A stretch of DNA of 64,000 nt, taken from Dehalococcoidia bacterium. GTDB taxonomy: Bacteria; Chloroflexota; Dehalococcoidia; UBA2979. Location of the stretch: the NCBI GenBank assembly GCA_963667465.2, contig CAXXDN010000002.1:992001-1056000 (forward strand), written 5' to 3'. Every line of letters starts with the position of its first letter. The first letter of the stretch is position 1. The notes beneath the pieces are model-generated. The model was not told where the DNA came from and did not search any database. It saw only the letters and a list, made by a program, of their open reading frames with translations. Shown one piece after another: positions 27,383-38,267 of this stretch. The translations under genes were made by a program, and so were the position numbers.

Positions 27383-28338
27383 GCGCCTCCAGCCTTGCGC
27401 AACACGAGCCCGTCATGGTGGCCGAGTCCCTCGAGGGCCTCGCCGTGCGCCCGGGCGGGCGCTACATCGACGCGACCGCGGGCCTCGGTGGCCACGCGGA
27501 GGCGGTGCTCGAGGCAGCGCAGCCCGGCGGCTCCCTGCTGGGCATCGACGTGGACCCGCAGGCGCTGGCGGCTGCCGGCGAGCGGTTGGCGCGCTTCGGC
27601 AGCGCCGTGCTGCTGGTGCGCGGCCACTACCGCGACCTGGCAGCGATCGCCGTCGAGCACGGGTTCGAGCGCGTCGAGGGCGTTCTGTTCGATCTCGGCG
27701 TCTCTTCGTTGCAGCTCGCTGCGCCGGGGCGGGGCTTCTCGTTCCAGCGCGACGAGCCGCTGGACATGCGTATGGATCCGGGCGCCGAACTGACGGCGGC
27801 CGTGATCGTGAACGAGTACGGAGAAGGCGAGCTGGCGGAGTTGCTGCGTCGCTTCGGCGAGGAGCCGCGCAGCCGGGCGATCGCGAGAGCGATCGTCGCC
27901 GCACGCCCGCTGCACACCACTGGCGAGCTGGCCGGCGCCGTCGCGCGGGTCGCAGGACGGGGCAGGGAACGTCGAACAATCAACCCCGCCACTCTGACGT
28001 TCCAGGCACTGAGGATCGCGGTGAACCAGGAGCTCGAGTTCCTGGCTGACGCGCTGACTGCTGCCTGCGACCTGCTCGACGGCGCCGGCGCTCGCCTGGT
28101 GGTGATCTCCTTTCACTCGCTCGAGGACCGCATCGTCAAGGACTTCCTCCGCCGGGAGTCGCAAGACTGCCTCTGTCCGCCGCGCAGCCCCGGCTGCGTC
28201 TGCGGCCACACGGCGACCCTGCGACTGGTCAACCGGCGTGTCCGCAGGCCCTCCGTCGCCGAGGTGGCCCGCAATCCCCGCGCCCGTTCGGCGCGGCTGC
28301 GTGTCGCCGAGGCGCTGGGCGAACAGGCGGCGGCCTGA
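27379..28338 (+). CDS. rsmH: 16S rRNA m4C1402 methyltransferase
   Basis: HEPVM, DATAGLGGH, DLGVSS.QL, PLDMRMD, FQALRIAVN, FHSLEDR. Confidence 0.98.
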   Translation: MSASSLAQHEPVMVAESLEGLAVRPGGRYIDATAGLGGHAEAVLEAAQPGGSLLGIDVDPQALAAAGERLARFGSAVLLVRGHYRDLAAIAVEHGFERVEGVLFDLGVSSLQLAAPGRGFSFQRDEPLDMRMDPGAELTAAVIVNEYGEGELAELLRRFGEEPRSRAIARAIVAARPLHTTGELAGAVARVAGRGRERRTINPATLTFQALRIAVNQELEFLADALTAACDLLDGAGARLVVISFHSLEDRIVKDFLRRESQDCLCPPRSPGCVCGHTATLRLVNRRVRRPSVAEVARNPRARSARLRVAEALGEQAAA

Positions 28339-28922
28339 TGGCCGCGCTGGTCAGCGTCCCGAGGCGCGGCGGTTCCCCCCCTCCCCCCGCGCCTCGGGAC
28401 GTCCCCCGCCGCCGTGGAGCCAGCACCGGCCGCAAGGCGGCCAAGCCCGCTCGGCCTCCGCGCACGAGCAACTCACGCCAGGCGGATCGGGAGCAACTCC
28501 CCAGGCCGCGCAGCAGCGCCATCGGGCGTCTGCTGCGCGGTGTCTCCCTCCTGCTCGCCGTCGCGCTGCTGCTCGGACTCGCCGCCGGCGTCGGCTCGTT
28601 GCAGGTGCTGCAGAGCACCCGCACCGCCGAGGCCGGCTACGAGCTGCGCTCGTTGCAGGCTGAGCGCGCCGAACTCGGCGCGCGGCTGCGCTTGCTCGAG
28701 GCCGAGATCGCGCACCTTGCGAATCTCTACGCCGTCTACACCGACGCGACCACGCGGCTTGGCATGGTTCCCGCCGACCGCACGCTGAACGTTGCCGTGG
28801 GCGTGCCCGCGCCCGCGGTCATTCCGATGCCAGAACGCTACGTCCAGGAGATCGCGCCGCTCCCCACCGAGACCGAGCCGTGGTGGGAGCAGCTGCTAGG
28901 AACCGTGACCGGCCTCAACTGA
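28338..28922 (+). CDS. Putative cell division protein FtsL
   Basis: Single TM plus coiled coil ending in LGM; located between rsmH and PBP. Confidence 0.7.
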   Translation: MAALVSVPRRGGSPPPPAPRDVPRRRGASTGRKAAKPARPPRTSNSRQADREQLPRPRSSAIGRLLRGVSLLLAVALLLGLAAGVGSLQVLQSTRTAEAGYELRSLQAERAELGARLRLLEAEIAHLANLYAVYTDATTRLGMVPADRTLNVAVGVPAPAVIPMPERYVQEIAPLPTETEPWWEQLLGTVTGLN

Positions 28923-29008
28923 ACGGAGCGCGCCGGCCGGCCGCGAACCCGGAGTGCGACGCGGGCGCCGGCCCACGAATCGCGCTCATCGAGGGGAGGG
29001 GATAGGCC

Positions 29009-30757
29009 GTGGCGGAACCGCACGCCGAGCGGACACGTCCCGACTACATGACCTGGCGGCACTGGTTGCTGACGTCTCTCGTCGCGATCGCACTCGTCGC
29101 GCTGATCGGACGCCTCGCCTGGATCCAGATCGCGAACCACGAGCGCTACGCCGAACTGGCGGCGGCCTCGCGTGCCGACACGGAGCTGCTGCCCGCCCCG
29201 CGCGGCGCGATCCTCGACGCCTCCGGGCACCCCCTTGCCATCTCCGTCGACACCTGGGACCTCTACATCGATTCGTTCCTCTGGCAGGATCGCGAGCGCG
29301 CCGGCGACGCGGCGGTCGCGCTCGGCGCGGCCATGGGTATGGACCCGGAAACGCTGTTCGAGCTCGGCATCTCGCGGGAGATCGGCGACGTGATCGTGCA
29401 GCGCTTCATCGACTACGAGCGCGGGCTCGAGTTGCGCAATCGCGGCATCTGGGGCGTGCGCCTGCTGCCCAGCTCGCGCCGCGTCTACGCCGAGCGGGAG
29501 CTCGCCGGACCGCTGATCGGCTACGTGGGCCTCGACGGCTCGGGGTTGTGGGGCATCGAGCGCGACTTCGACCCGGTCCTGCGCGGGAATCCCGGCCTGC
29601 TGCTCTCTGAGCGCGACGCGCTCGGCCGCCCGATTGCCTTCGCGGCCTCCGGCGGGCGCGAGCCGACCGTCGGCGGCGAGGTGCAACTCACGATCGATCG
29701 CTTCATCCAGGCGATCGCCGAACAGCGCCTCGCCGAGGCAGTCCAGGCGAACAAGGCAAGCGGAGGCACGGTGATCGTGATGGAGCCGCGCAGCGGCGCG
29801 ATCCTCGCGATGGCGTCCCTGCCGACGATCGCCCTCTCGGACGTCGACCTCGACGACGAGCAGGTGCTCGATCTTGCGCGCAACCGCGCCGTTTCCGACA
29901 TCTACGAGCCCGGGTCGGTCTTCAAGACGCTGACCACCGCGACGGCGCTCGACCTCGGGCTGATCACGCCGCAGACGACGTACGTCGACGAGGGCTGGGT
30001 GCACATCGGGGGGCACACGATCAGCAACTGGGACTTCACCGCCTACGGCGAAGTCACGATGACCGAGTTCCTGCAGCGCTCGCTCAACACCGGCTCGATC
30101 TGGATCGCCGAGCAGATCGGCCCGCAGCACTTCTACGAGTACCTCCAGCGCTTCGGCGTCGGGCAGCCGACGCACATCGAACTCTCGGGCGAGGCGCCGG
30201 GCAGGCTGCGGCGCGTGGACGATCCGGGGTGGTACCCGGTGGACCTCGCGACGCATTCCTACGGGCAGAGCCTCGCGGCGACGCCGTTGCAGGTGATCAG
30301 CGCCGTCAACACCTTCGCCACGGGCGGGCTGTTGATGCGCCCGCAGATCGTGCACAGTGTGGTCAGCAGCGACGGCGTGCGCGTCCACGAGCCCGTCGTC
30401 GTCCGCCGCACCGTCTCCCCGGAGACCGCCAGCACGATGGCGCGAATGATGCTCGCGGTGGTCGAGGAAGTCCCGTATCACCTGGCCCGCGTCGACGGTT
30501 ACCGCGTCGCCGGCAAGACCGGCACGACGATCGTCACGATCGGTGGCAGCTACGACCCAAACACGACCATCACCTCCTTCGTCGGCTTCCTGCCCTACGA
30601 GGATCCGCGCGTCACCATCCTCGTGAAGATCGACAAGCCGCGAGGCGACTCCAACCTCGCGGGCATCGTCGCCGCGCCGGTCTTCTCGACCATCGCCGCC
30701 GACATCATGGAGTACCTCCGGGTGCCGTCGGCCGAGCGGCAGGTGAACGCACCGTGA
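29009..30757 (+). CDS. ftsI: Class B penicillin-binding protein (FtsI-like)
   Basis: RGAILD, YEPGSVFK (SxxK), SLN (SxN), KTG. Confidence 0.93.
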   Translation: MAEPHAERTRPDYMTWRHWLLTSLVAIALVALIGRLAWIQIANHERYAELAAASRADTELLPAPRGAILDASGHPLAISVDTWDLYIDSFLWQDRERAGDAAVALGAAMGMDPETLFELGISREIGDVIVQRFIDYERGLELRNRGIWGVRLLPSSRRVYAERELAGPLIGYVGLDGSGLWGIERDFDPVLRGNPGLLLSERDALGRPIAFAASGGREPTVGGEVQLTIDRFIQAIAEQRLAEAVQANKASGGTVIVMEPRSGAILAMASLPTIALSDVDLDDEQVLDLARNRAVSDIYEPGSVFKTLTTATALDLGLITPQTTYVDEGWVHIGGHTISNWDFTAYGEVTMTEFLQRSLNTGSIWIAEQIGPQHFYEYLQRFGVGQPTHIELSGEAPGRLRRVDDPGWYPVDLATHSYGQSLAATPLQVISAVNTFATGGLLMRPQIVHSVVSSDGVRVHEPVVVRRTVSPETASTMARMMLAVVEEVPYHLARVDGYRVAGKTGTTIVTIGGSYDPNTTITSFVGFLPYEDPRVTILVKIDKPRGDSNLAGIVAAPVFSTIAADIMEYLRVPSAERQVNAP

Positions 30758-32193
30758 GCAGTGCGAGCGAGCACGACCCCGTCCTCGATGCGGACTTCGT
30801 CGCCGAAGCGCTGGGCGAGACGCTGCGCGAGCGGCATGGCTCCCGCGCGCGCTTCGGGCGCGCCGTGATCGACTCGCGCCGCGTCGAGGCCGGCGATCTC
30901 TTCGTCGCCCTGCGCGGCGAGAACGCGGACGGCCACGACTTCGCCGCCGACGCCCTGGCGCGTGGCGCGGCGGGCTTGCTGCTGGAGCGCCCGCCCGCGG
31001 GCGACCTGCCCGGCGAGGCGGCCGTCTTCAGCGTCGCCGACGCCCTCGCCGGACTGCAGCGCCTCGCGGCGGCCTGGCGCGAGGCGCTCGATGGCCTCGA
31101 GGTGATCGGCGTCACCGGCAACGTCGGCAAGACGACGACGAAGCTGATGGCCTCGGCCGTACTCGAGCGCCGCTACCGCGTGCGCACGTCCGCGCTCAAC
31201 TACAACAACGAAATCGGCGTGCCGCTCTGTCTGCTGGAGCTCGGCCCCGGCATCGAGCGGACCGTGATCGAGCACGGGATGTACACCACGGGCGAGATCG
31301 CCCAGCTCTGCGAGTGGACGCGCCCGCGCGTCGGCGTAGTGCTCAATGTCGGCCCGGTGCACCTCGAGCGCGCGGGGTCGCTGGAGGCGATCGCGCGCGC
31401 CAAGCGCGAACTCGTTGAGGCGCTGCCCGCCGGCGGCCACGCCTTGCTCAACGCCGACGACCCGGTTGTCGACGAGATGGCCGGCCACAGCGCGGCGCAG
31501 GTGCTGCGCTTCGGAACCTCCGAGGGCGCCGACATCCGCGGCAGCGAGGTGGCCTCGCACGGCGCCGGCGGCTTCAGCTTCACCCTCGAGGCGGACGGCG
31601 AGCGACAGCGCGTGCATGTGCCGCTGCCGGGCGCACATCTGCTGCCCAACGTGCTCGCCGCGGCTGCTACGAGCCTCGTCGAAGGTGTCCCCTTCCCGGA
31701 GGTCGCCGCCGCCCTTGAGGCGCTCGACGTGCCGCTGCGGCTGACCGTGCGCTGCCTGCCGGGCGGCGTGACACTGCTGGACGACACCTACAACGCAAGT
31801 CCGGCGGCGACACGGGCCGCCCTCGATCTGCTGCGCGAGCTGTCCGGCCGCCGGATCGCATTGCTCGGCGACATGCTGGAGCTGGGCAATCTGGCGGAGC
31901 CGTCGCACGAGCAAGTCGGGCGACACGCGGCGAGCTGTGCCGACGTGCTGTTCACGGTTGGCGGCCTCGCGGCCACGATCGCGCGAGGCGCGCGCGAAGC
32001 CGGGCTCGGCGACGTACGCGCGCTCGGCTCCAGGACCGAGGCCGCGCAGGCGCTGCGCGCCCTGCTGCAGCCCGGCGATGCGCTGCTCGTCAAGGGATCG
32101 CGCGCGCTCGCCCTGGAAACGGTCGTCGAGGAACTGGAGGCGTTGCTGGCCGGGGGGCCTGACAGCGCGCCCACGGGGGGAGACGGATCGTGA
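30754..32193 (+). CDS. murF: UDP-MurNAc-tripeptide--D-Ala-D-Ala ligase
   Basis: DSRR, DGHDF, GNVGKTTTK, NNEIGVP, DDTYNASP, GDMLELG, KGSR. Confidence 0.96.
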   Translation: MSSASEHDPVLDADFVAEALGETLRERHGSRARFGRAVIDSRRVEAGDLFVALRGENADGHDFAADALARGAAGLLLERPPAGDLPGEAAVFSVADALAGLQRLAAAWREALDGLEVIGVTGNVGKTTTKLMASAVLERRYRVRTSALNYNNEIGVPLCLLELGPGIERTVIEHGMYTTGEIAQLCEWTRPRVGVVLNVGPVHLERAGSLEAIARAKRELVEALPAGGHALLNADDPVVDEMAGHSAAQVLRFGTSEGADIRGSEVASHGAGGFSFTLEADGERQRVHVPLPGAHLLPNVLAAAATSLVEGVPFPEVAAALEALDVPLRLTVRCLPGGVTLLDDTYNASPAATRAALDLLRELSGRRIALLGDMLELGNLAEPSHEQVGRHAASCADVLFTVGGLAATIARGAREAGLGDVRALGSRTEAAQALRALLQPGDALLVKGSRALALETVVEELEALLAGGPDSAPTGGDGS

Positions 32194-33155
32194 CGCATGC
32201 GCTGCTCTCGGGTGCGGCGGCCTTCGCCGTCGCCCTGCTCGCCGGCCGGCCCTTCGTGCACTGGATTCGCGGGCAGCGGCTGGGCAAGGCGATCTCCGAG
32301 GACGGGCCTTCCTCGCACAACATCAAGGCCGGCACGCCGACGATGGGCGGGCTGCTGATCTTCGGCGCCGTCGCGGTCGTGACGATCCCGACGAACCTCC
32401 TCGAGCGGCTCAGCATCCTGCTCCCGCTCGGTGTCGTGCTCTCCGGGATGATCGTCGGAGCCATCGACGACCTCGGGACCCTCACGGAGCGGTTCAGGCA
32501 GCGCGTCGCGCTGAGCTGGCGGCTGAAGTTTCTCTACCAGCTCGCGCTCTCGGCGATCGTCGCGGGGGTGCTCTACTTCGCCCTCGAGGTGCAGAGCATC
32601 AACATCCCCTGGGTTGGCCAGTTCGAGATCGGCCTGTTCTACATCCCGATCGCGATCGGCACCGTGATCGCCACGACCACGGCGGTCTCGATCACCGACG
32701 GACTGGACGGCCTGCTGGGTGGCACCGCCGCGATCGCGTTCGGCGCCTACGGCGTGATCGCGTTCATCCAGGGACAGCTCTTTCTCGCCAACTTCTCGTT
32801 CACGGTGGCGGGTGCATTGCTCGGATTCCTCTGGTTCAACGCGCATCCCGCGGCGCTGTTCATGGGCGACACGGGTGCGCTGCCCCTCGGCGCCGCGCTG
32901 GCCACGGTGGCGCTGATGACCGGGCACTGGCTGCTGCTGCCCATCATCGGAATCGTCTACGTGATCGAGGCCGGATCGACGCTGATGCAGATCGCCTATT
33001 TCAAGACCACCGGCGGCCGGCGGTTCTTCTGCATGACGCCGTTCCACCACCATCTGGAGCTGATCGGCTGGAGCGAACCGCAGGTGGTGATGCGTCTCTG
33101 GCTGTTCGGAATGACGGGCGCGATGGTCGGAATCGCGCTTGCACTTGCAGTTTGA
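32190..33155 (+). CDS. mraY: Phospho-N-acetylmuramoyl-pentapeptide transferase
   Basis: KAGTPTMGG, TDGLDGL, FMGDTG, PFHHHLE. Confidence 0.97.
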   Translation: MTHALLSGAAAFAVALLAGRPFVHWIRGQRLGKAISEDGPSSHNIKAGTPTMGGLLIFGAVAVVTIPTNLLERLSILLPLGVVLSGMIVGAIDDLGTLTERFRQRVALSWRLKFLYQLALSAIVAGVLYFALEVQSINIPWVGQFEIGLFYIPIAIGTVIATTTAVSITDGLDGLLGGTAAIAFGAYGVIAFIQGQLFLANFSFTVAGALLGFLWFNAHPAALFMGDTGALPLGAALATVALMTGHWLLLPIIGIVYVIEAGSTLMQIAYFKTTGGRRFFCMTPFHHHLELIGWSEPQVVMRLWLFGMTGAMVGIALALAV

Positions 33156-33164
33156 TGTATCTTC

Positions 33165-34574
33165 GTGGATAAACAAAAAGGCGAAGGCGCTATCGCACGT
33201 GCTCAGAATTTGGGGGGAGCCCGCGTGACAGTCGTAGGGCTCGGCATCGAGGGTATCGATCTCACCCGCTTTCTCGCGGCCGAAGGCGCGCGCGTCACCG
33301 TCTCCGACAACCGCACCCGCGAGGAGCTGAGCGAGCCCCTCGCCGCCATCGCGGATACCCCTGCGACGCTCTCGTTGGGAGCGAATCGCGAGCAGGATCT
33401 GACTGACGCCGACTGCGTTTTCGTCTCCCAGGGCGTGCCGCCCGAGCTGCCCGCGCTGCGCGCGGCGCGGCGTGCGGGCGTACCGATCTCCTCGATGACG
33501 CGCCTCTTCCTGGAACGCTGCCCCGTACCCGTGGCCGGCATCACCGGCTCCTCCGGCAAGACCACAACAACCGCGCTCGTCGGCGAGATGCTCGCCGAGG
33601 CCGGCGAGGACCACGTCGTCGGCGGGAACATCGGCGTCGGGTTGCTGGCGCTGCTCGAACGCATCGGCCCGGAGACGCGCGTGGTCCTCGAGCTCTCCCA
33701 CACACAGCTCGAGTCGATCGACCGGAGCCCGCAGCTGGCCTGCGTCACCAACGTCACGCCCAATCACCTCGATCGCTACTCCTGGTCCTCATACCTCGCG
33801 CTCAAGCGGCGCATCTTCGAGCACCAGAGCGGCGAGGACCTCGCGATCTTCCACATCGACGACGAGGTCGCCGCCGCCTTCGCCGAGGAGGCCCCGGCGC
33901 GCGTTCGCTACACCTCCCTGCTACGCCCGCTGCCCGGAGACGGCGTCACCGTCTCCGGCGGCCTGATCGTGCGCCGCGAGGGCGCACGTGAGACGGAGCT
34001 GATGCGCCGCGACGAGATCCCGCTGCGCGGTGACCACAACACCGCGAACGTGGTCTGCGCGCTCGCCGTCGCCTCGGAGCTTGGCGTCGCCGACGAGCCC
34101 GCCGCCGAGGCGGTGCGCCGCTTCCACGGCGTGCCGCATCGCCTCGAGCCGGTCGCGACCGTGCGCGGCGTGCAGTACGTCAACGACTCGATCGCCACGA
34201 CACCGGAGCGAACGCTCGCCGGGATGCGCACCTGCGAGGAGCCGCTCGTGCTGCTCCTCGGCGGACGCGACAAGCACCTGCCGCTCGGCGAGCTGGCGCG
34301 CGAGGCCGTCGCGCGCTGCCGCGCCGTCGTCGCCTTCGGCGAGGCGGGGCCGGTCTTCGCCGGGGCCGTCGCCGGCGCCCGCGACGGGGAGCGGCCCGTC
34401 GTCGAGCAGGCAGGAAGCATCGAGGAGGCCGTGGCCGCGGCCGCGCGGTTGGCGCGCGCCGGCGACGTCGTGCTCTGCGCCCCGGCGGGCACCTCGTTCG
34501 ACGCGTACCGCAACTTCGAGCAGCGCGGCGCGGCCTTCCGCGACGCCGTCGCAGCACTCGGGGAGAGCCACTGA
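33165..34574 (+). CDS. murD: UDP-MurNAc-L-Ala--D-Glu ligase
   Basis: GSSGKTTT, GGNIG, HLDRY, HRLE, NDSIAT, SFDAY.NFEQRG. Confidence 0.97.
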   Translation: MDKQKGEGAIARAQNLGGARVTVVGLGIEGIDLTRFLAAEGARVTVSDNRTREELSEPLAAIADTPATLSLGANREQDLTDADCVFVSQGVPPELPALRAARRAGVPISSMTRLFLERCPVPVAGITGSSGKTTTTALVGEMLAEAGEDHVVGGNIGVGLLALLERIGPETRVVLELSHTQLESIDRSPQLACVTNVTPNHLDRYSWSSYLALKRRIFEHQSGEDLAIFHIDDEVAAAFAEEAPARVRYTSLLRPLPGDGVTVSGGLIVRREGARETELMRRDEIPLRGDHNTANVVCALAVASELGVADEPAAEAVRRFHGVPHRLEPVATVRGVQYVNDSIATTPERTLAGMRTCEEPLVLLLGGRDKHLPLGELAREAVARCRAVVAFGEAGPVFAGAVAGARDGERPVVEQAGSIEEAVAAAARLARAGDVVLCAPAGTSFDAYRNFEQRGAAFRDAVAALGESH

Positions 34575-35782
34575 TGGCGCGCAAGGAATCCGCCGAGGCG
34601 CGGCCGCTGCGGCGTCACGAGCCGGACTGGGTGCTGCTCAGCGTGGCGCTCATGCTCGTCGTGCTCGGGCTGATCGCCGTCTTCTCCTCCTCGTACGCAA
34701 TCGGGGTCGTGAACCACGGCGACGCCAACTTCTTCATCGGGCGTCAGGTGGTCTGGGCCGGAATCGGCCTCATCAGCCTGCTCGCGGCGATGTCGATCAA
34801 CTACCGCTTCCTGATGCGCCTCAGTCCCCTGCTGATGCTGGCTGCCATCGCCGGACTGGTTGCCGTGTTCGTCCCCGCGCTTTCCGTCACCGCCGAAGGG
34901 TCCGCACGCTGGATCAGCATCGGCCCGGTGACGGCACAGCCGAGCGAGTTCGCGAAGCTGGCCGTGATCATCTACCTCGCGGCCTGGCTGGCCGCCAAGG
35001 GCCCGTCGGTGCGCAACTTCGCGCTGGGGGTCGCTCCCTACGTCGGGATGGTGGGACTGGTCACTGCGCTGGTACTGCTGGAGCCGGACCTGGGCACGGC
35101 GACGATGATCGCACTGATCACGGGCACGCTGCTCTTCGTCTCCGGCGCGCGGCTGCTCCACATCGCCGCGCTCGCATTGAGCGCTACCGTGTTCACCGCC
35201 TCGCTCGTGGTCGTCGGCGGCTACGGGGCGGCGCGCATCCTCTCCTTCACATCGGCCGAGTCCGACCCGCAGGGCGCCGGCTTCCAGACGCTGCAGATGC
35301 TGCAGGCGCTCGGCTCCGGCGGCCTGACCGGCCTCGGGCTGGGCGTGTCGCGGCAAAAGTTCTTCTATCTGCCCGCCTCGCACACGGACGGAGTGCTCGC
35401 GATCATCGGCGAGGAGCTCGGCTACATCGGCGTGGTCGTCGTACTGGCGCTGTTCGCGCTGCTGCTCTGGCGCGGGCTGCGCGTCATGCAGCGCGCCGCC
35501 GACCCGTTCGGCTCGCTGCTGGCCGCGGGCGTGCTCGCCTGGATCGCCTTCCAGATGCTGATCAACGTCGGCGGCGTCACGCGCTCGATCCCGCTCACCG
35601 GCATCCCGCTGCCGCTGGTCTCCTACGGCGGCTCCTCGCTGCTGATGACGATGATCGCGATCGGCCTGCTGCTCTCCGTCTCGCGCTACGCCGTCATCGC
35701 GGACCCCGCGCTCGAGCCGCCCACCCGTGGCGTCCTGCGCACTCCCTCGCTGCGCGGCGCCCTGCAGAGGGGCTCGCGATGA
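34574..35782 (+). CDS. ftsW: SEDS peptidoglycan polymerase FtsW
   Basis: ARWI, QPSEFAK, EPDLGT, GEELG, SYGGSS. Confidence 0.96.
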   Translation: MARKESAEARPLRRHEPDWVLLSVALMLVVLGLIAVFSSSYAIGVVNHGDANFFIGRQVVWAGIGLISLLAAMSINYRFLMRLSPLLMLAAIAGLVAVFVPALSVTAEGSARWISIGPVTAQPSEFAKLAVIIYLAAWLAAKGPSVRNFALGVAPYVGMVGLVTALVLLEPDLGTATMIALITGTLLFVSGARLLHIAALALSATVFTASLVVVGGYGAARILSFTSAESDPQGAGFQTLQMLQALGSGGLTGLGLGVSRQKFFYLPASHTDGVLAIIGEELGYIGVVVVLALFALLLWRGLRVMQRAADPFGSLLAAGVLAWIAFQMLINVGGVTRSIPLTGIPLPLVSYGGSSLLMTMIAIGLLLSVSRYAVIADPALEPPTRGVLRTPSLRGALQRGSR

Positions 35783-36855
35783 AGTACGGACTCGCGGGCG
35801 GCGGAACCGGCGGGCACACCTACCCCGCCGTCGCGGTGGCCGAGCGGCTGCGCGATCGCGCGGACGTGGAGCTCGTCTACTACGGCACGCCCAACGGTCC
35901 CGAACGCGCCGTCGCCGAGGCCGAGGGCTTCGCCTACCGGCCCGTGCCCGCCTCGCCGCTCCGCTCACGCTCGCCCGCTCGCGTGGCCCGCGGAGTGATC
36001 AACCTCCTCCGCGGCTCGCGCGAGGCCCGGCGCTGGCTCGCCCGCGACGCGCCCGGCGCCGTCTTCGCCACCGGTGGCTACGCCGCTGCCCCGATCGGCC
36101 GCGCCGCGCGCCGCGAGGGAATCCCGCTCCTGCTCTTCCTGCCCGACGTCCGGCCCGGCTGGGCGATCCGCTCGATGCGCGGCCAGGCGCAGGCCGTGGC
36201 CTGCTCCGTGCCCGATTCGCTCGGCTACCTGCCAGCCGACCGCTCGGTCGTGACCGGCTACCCGACGCGCCGACAGTTCCGCACCGCCTCGCGCGAGGCC
36301 GGAACACGCCACTTCGGCCTCGATCCCGCGCGCCTGACGCTGCTGGTGACCGGCGGTTCACTGGGCGCGCACCACATCAACCTCGTGATCGCCCGCAGCC
36401 TGCAACTCCTGCTTGAGCAGGCGCAGATCATCCACATCGCGGGACGCTCCGAGGAGGCCTGGCTGGCTCGCGAGCGCGAGCGCCTGCCGACCTGGCTGCA
36501 GGAGCGCTATGCGCTGCACGCCTACACGGAGGAGATGGCGCTGGCGATGGCCGCCGCCGACCTCGCCGTCACGCGCGCCGGCGCCTCGACGCTGGGAGAG
36601 CTGCCGGCGGCGGGCCTTCCGGCGATCGTCATCCCCGGCGAGTTCTCCGACCAGCACGACAACGCGAGCTACCTCGAGCGGCACGGCGCCGCCCTCACGC
36701 TCTCCGGCGACGACGTCGAGGACCTCCCGAACGAGATTCTGCGACTGATCGAGAACGACGCGGCCCGCGAGCGGATGGCGCTCGCGATGCGCGAGCTGGA
36801 CCGGCCCGACGCGGCCGAGCAGCTGGCGAGGATGCTCGAAGGGCTGGCCGCGTGA
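35779..36855 (+). CDS. murG: Lipid II GlcNAc transferase MurG
   Basis: GGGTGGH, TGGY, GGSLGA, RAGASTLGE, DQHDNA. Confidence 0.96.
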   Translation: MKYGLAGGGTGGHTYPAVAVAERLRDRADVELVYYGTPNGPERAVAEAEGFAYRPVPASPLRSRSPARVARGVINLLRGSREARRWLARDAPGAVFATGGYAAAPIGRAARREGIPLLLFLPDVRPGWAIRSMRGQAQAVACSVPDSLGYLPADRSVVTGYPTRRQFRTASREAGTRHFGLDPARLTLLVTGGSLGAHHINLVIARSLQLLLEQAQIIHIAGRSEEAWLARERERLPTWLQERYALHAYTEEMALAMAAADLAVTRAGASTLGELPAAGLPAIVIPGEFSDQHDNASYLERHGAALTLSGDDVEDLPNEILRLIENDAARERMALAMRELDRPDAAEQLARMLEGLAA

Positions 36856-38267
36856 TGGCGAGCCTGCTGGACGCCCGTCCGCGCAGCGGCGCGATCCCGA
36901 GGCGCGTCCACCTCATCGGGGCGGGCGGCGTGCACCTCTCCGCGATCGGGCAGATCCTGCTCGCCCGCGGGCACATCGTCACCGGCTCCGACCTCGCGCG
37001 GTCGGAGTACAGCGAGCGGCTGCAGGGCGCCGGCGCGACCGTCTACCACGGCCATGCGCCCTCCAACCTCGGCCGCGCCGAGATCGTCGTCGCCACCGCC
37101 GCCGCCTCCAGCGACAACCCGGAGTTGGAGGCCGCGCGCGAACGAGGCGTCCAGGTGCTCTCGCGCGCGGAGATGGTGCAGTGGCTGCTCGCCGGCCGGC
37201 GTGTGCTCGCCGTCGCCGGGAGCCACGGCAAGACCACGGGCACCGCCCTGCTGGCACAGCTGGCGGTCAACGGCGGACTCGACCCGCTCGTGCTGCTCGG
37301 CGGCGACTCGCCCGGCCTCGGCGGCAACGCCCGCGACGGCGCGGGCGAGCACGCCATCGTCGAGGCCGACGAGTACGCCGAGGCCTTCCTTGAGTACGAG
37401 CCGGAGATCGCGATCATCAACAACGTAGAGGCGGACCACCTCGACTACTACGGCAGCGAGGCGCGGCTGCGAGCGGCCTTCGCGGCCTTCGCGGAGCGCG
37501 TGCTGCCGGACGGCCTGCTGCTCGTCGGCGCGGACTCCGAGGCGGCCGACGAGATCGGCCGCGCCCGTCGCGCCGCCGCCGCGCGCGTCGAGCGCTTCGG
37601 CTTCGCCCAGGATTCCGAATGGCGCGCCGGGCAGTTGCGCGTCAACGACCGCGGCGGACTCGACGCGACCGTATCGCTCGAGGGCGTCCAGCTCGGGCGC
37701 CTCTCGCTGCGCGTGCCGGGCCGGCACAACGTGCTCAACGCGCTCGCCGCGCTCGCCGCCGCGATGCGCGCCGGTGTCGACTTCAAGCGCGCGGCGCAGG
37801 CGGCCTCGGAGTTCAGCGGCACGCGGCGGCGCTTCGAGCTGCACGGCGAGAGCGGCGGCGTGACGCTCGTCGACGACTACGCACACCACCCGAGCGAGGT
37901 CCGCGCGACGCTGGCCGCCGCACGCCTGCGCTACCCGGGACGCCGCCTCGTCGGCTGCTTCCAGCCACACACCTACTCGCGCTCCGCCTACCTGCTGGAG
38001 GGCTTCCGCGACTGCTTCGAGGGCCTCGACGCGCTCTTCATCGCGCCCACCTACGCGGCGCGCGAAGAGCCCGACCGGGGGCTCGACGGGGCCGGCCTCG
38101 CGGCGCAGATCACGAGACCGCATGCCCATTATGTCGCAACTCTCGAAGACGGCGCCTCGCAGATTGCGGACGCGCTCGGGCCGGGCGACGTCTTCATGAC
38201 CATCGGCGCGGGCGACATCGACTCGCTGCTGCCGCTGCTGCGCGCGCGGCTGGAGGCGCAACCGTGA
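36855..38267 (+). CDS. murC: UDP-MurNAc--L-Ala ligase
   Basis: GSHGKTT, EADE, DHLD, RRFE, DDYAHHP, FQPHTYSR. Confidence 0.97.
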   Translation: MASLLDARPRSGAIPRRVHLIGAGGVHLSAIGQILLARGHIVTGSDLARSEYSERLQGAGATVYHGHAPSNLGRAEIVVATAAASSDNPELEAARERGVQVLSRAEMVQWLLAGRRVLAVAGSHGKTTGTALLAQLAVNGGLDPLVLLGGDSPGLGGNARDGAGEHAIVEADEYAEAFLEYEPEIAIINNVEADHLDYYGSEARLRAAFAAFAERVLPDGLLLVGADSEAADEIGRARRAAAARVERFGFAQDSEWRAGQLRVNDRGGLDATVSLEGVQLGRLSLRVPGRHNVLNALAALAAAMRAGVDFKRAAQAASEFSGTRRRFELHGESGGVTLVDDYAHHPSEVRATLAAARLRYPGRRLVGCFQPHTYSRSAYLLEGFRDCFEGLDALFIAPTYAAREEPDRGLDGAGLAAQITRPHAHYVATLEDGASQIADALGPGDVFMTIGAGDIDSLLPLLRARLEAQP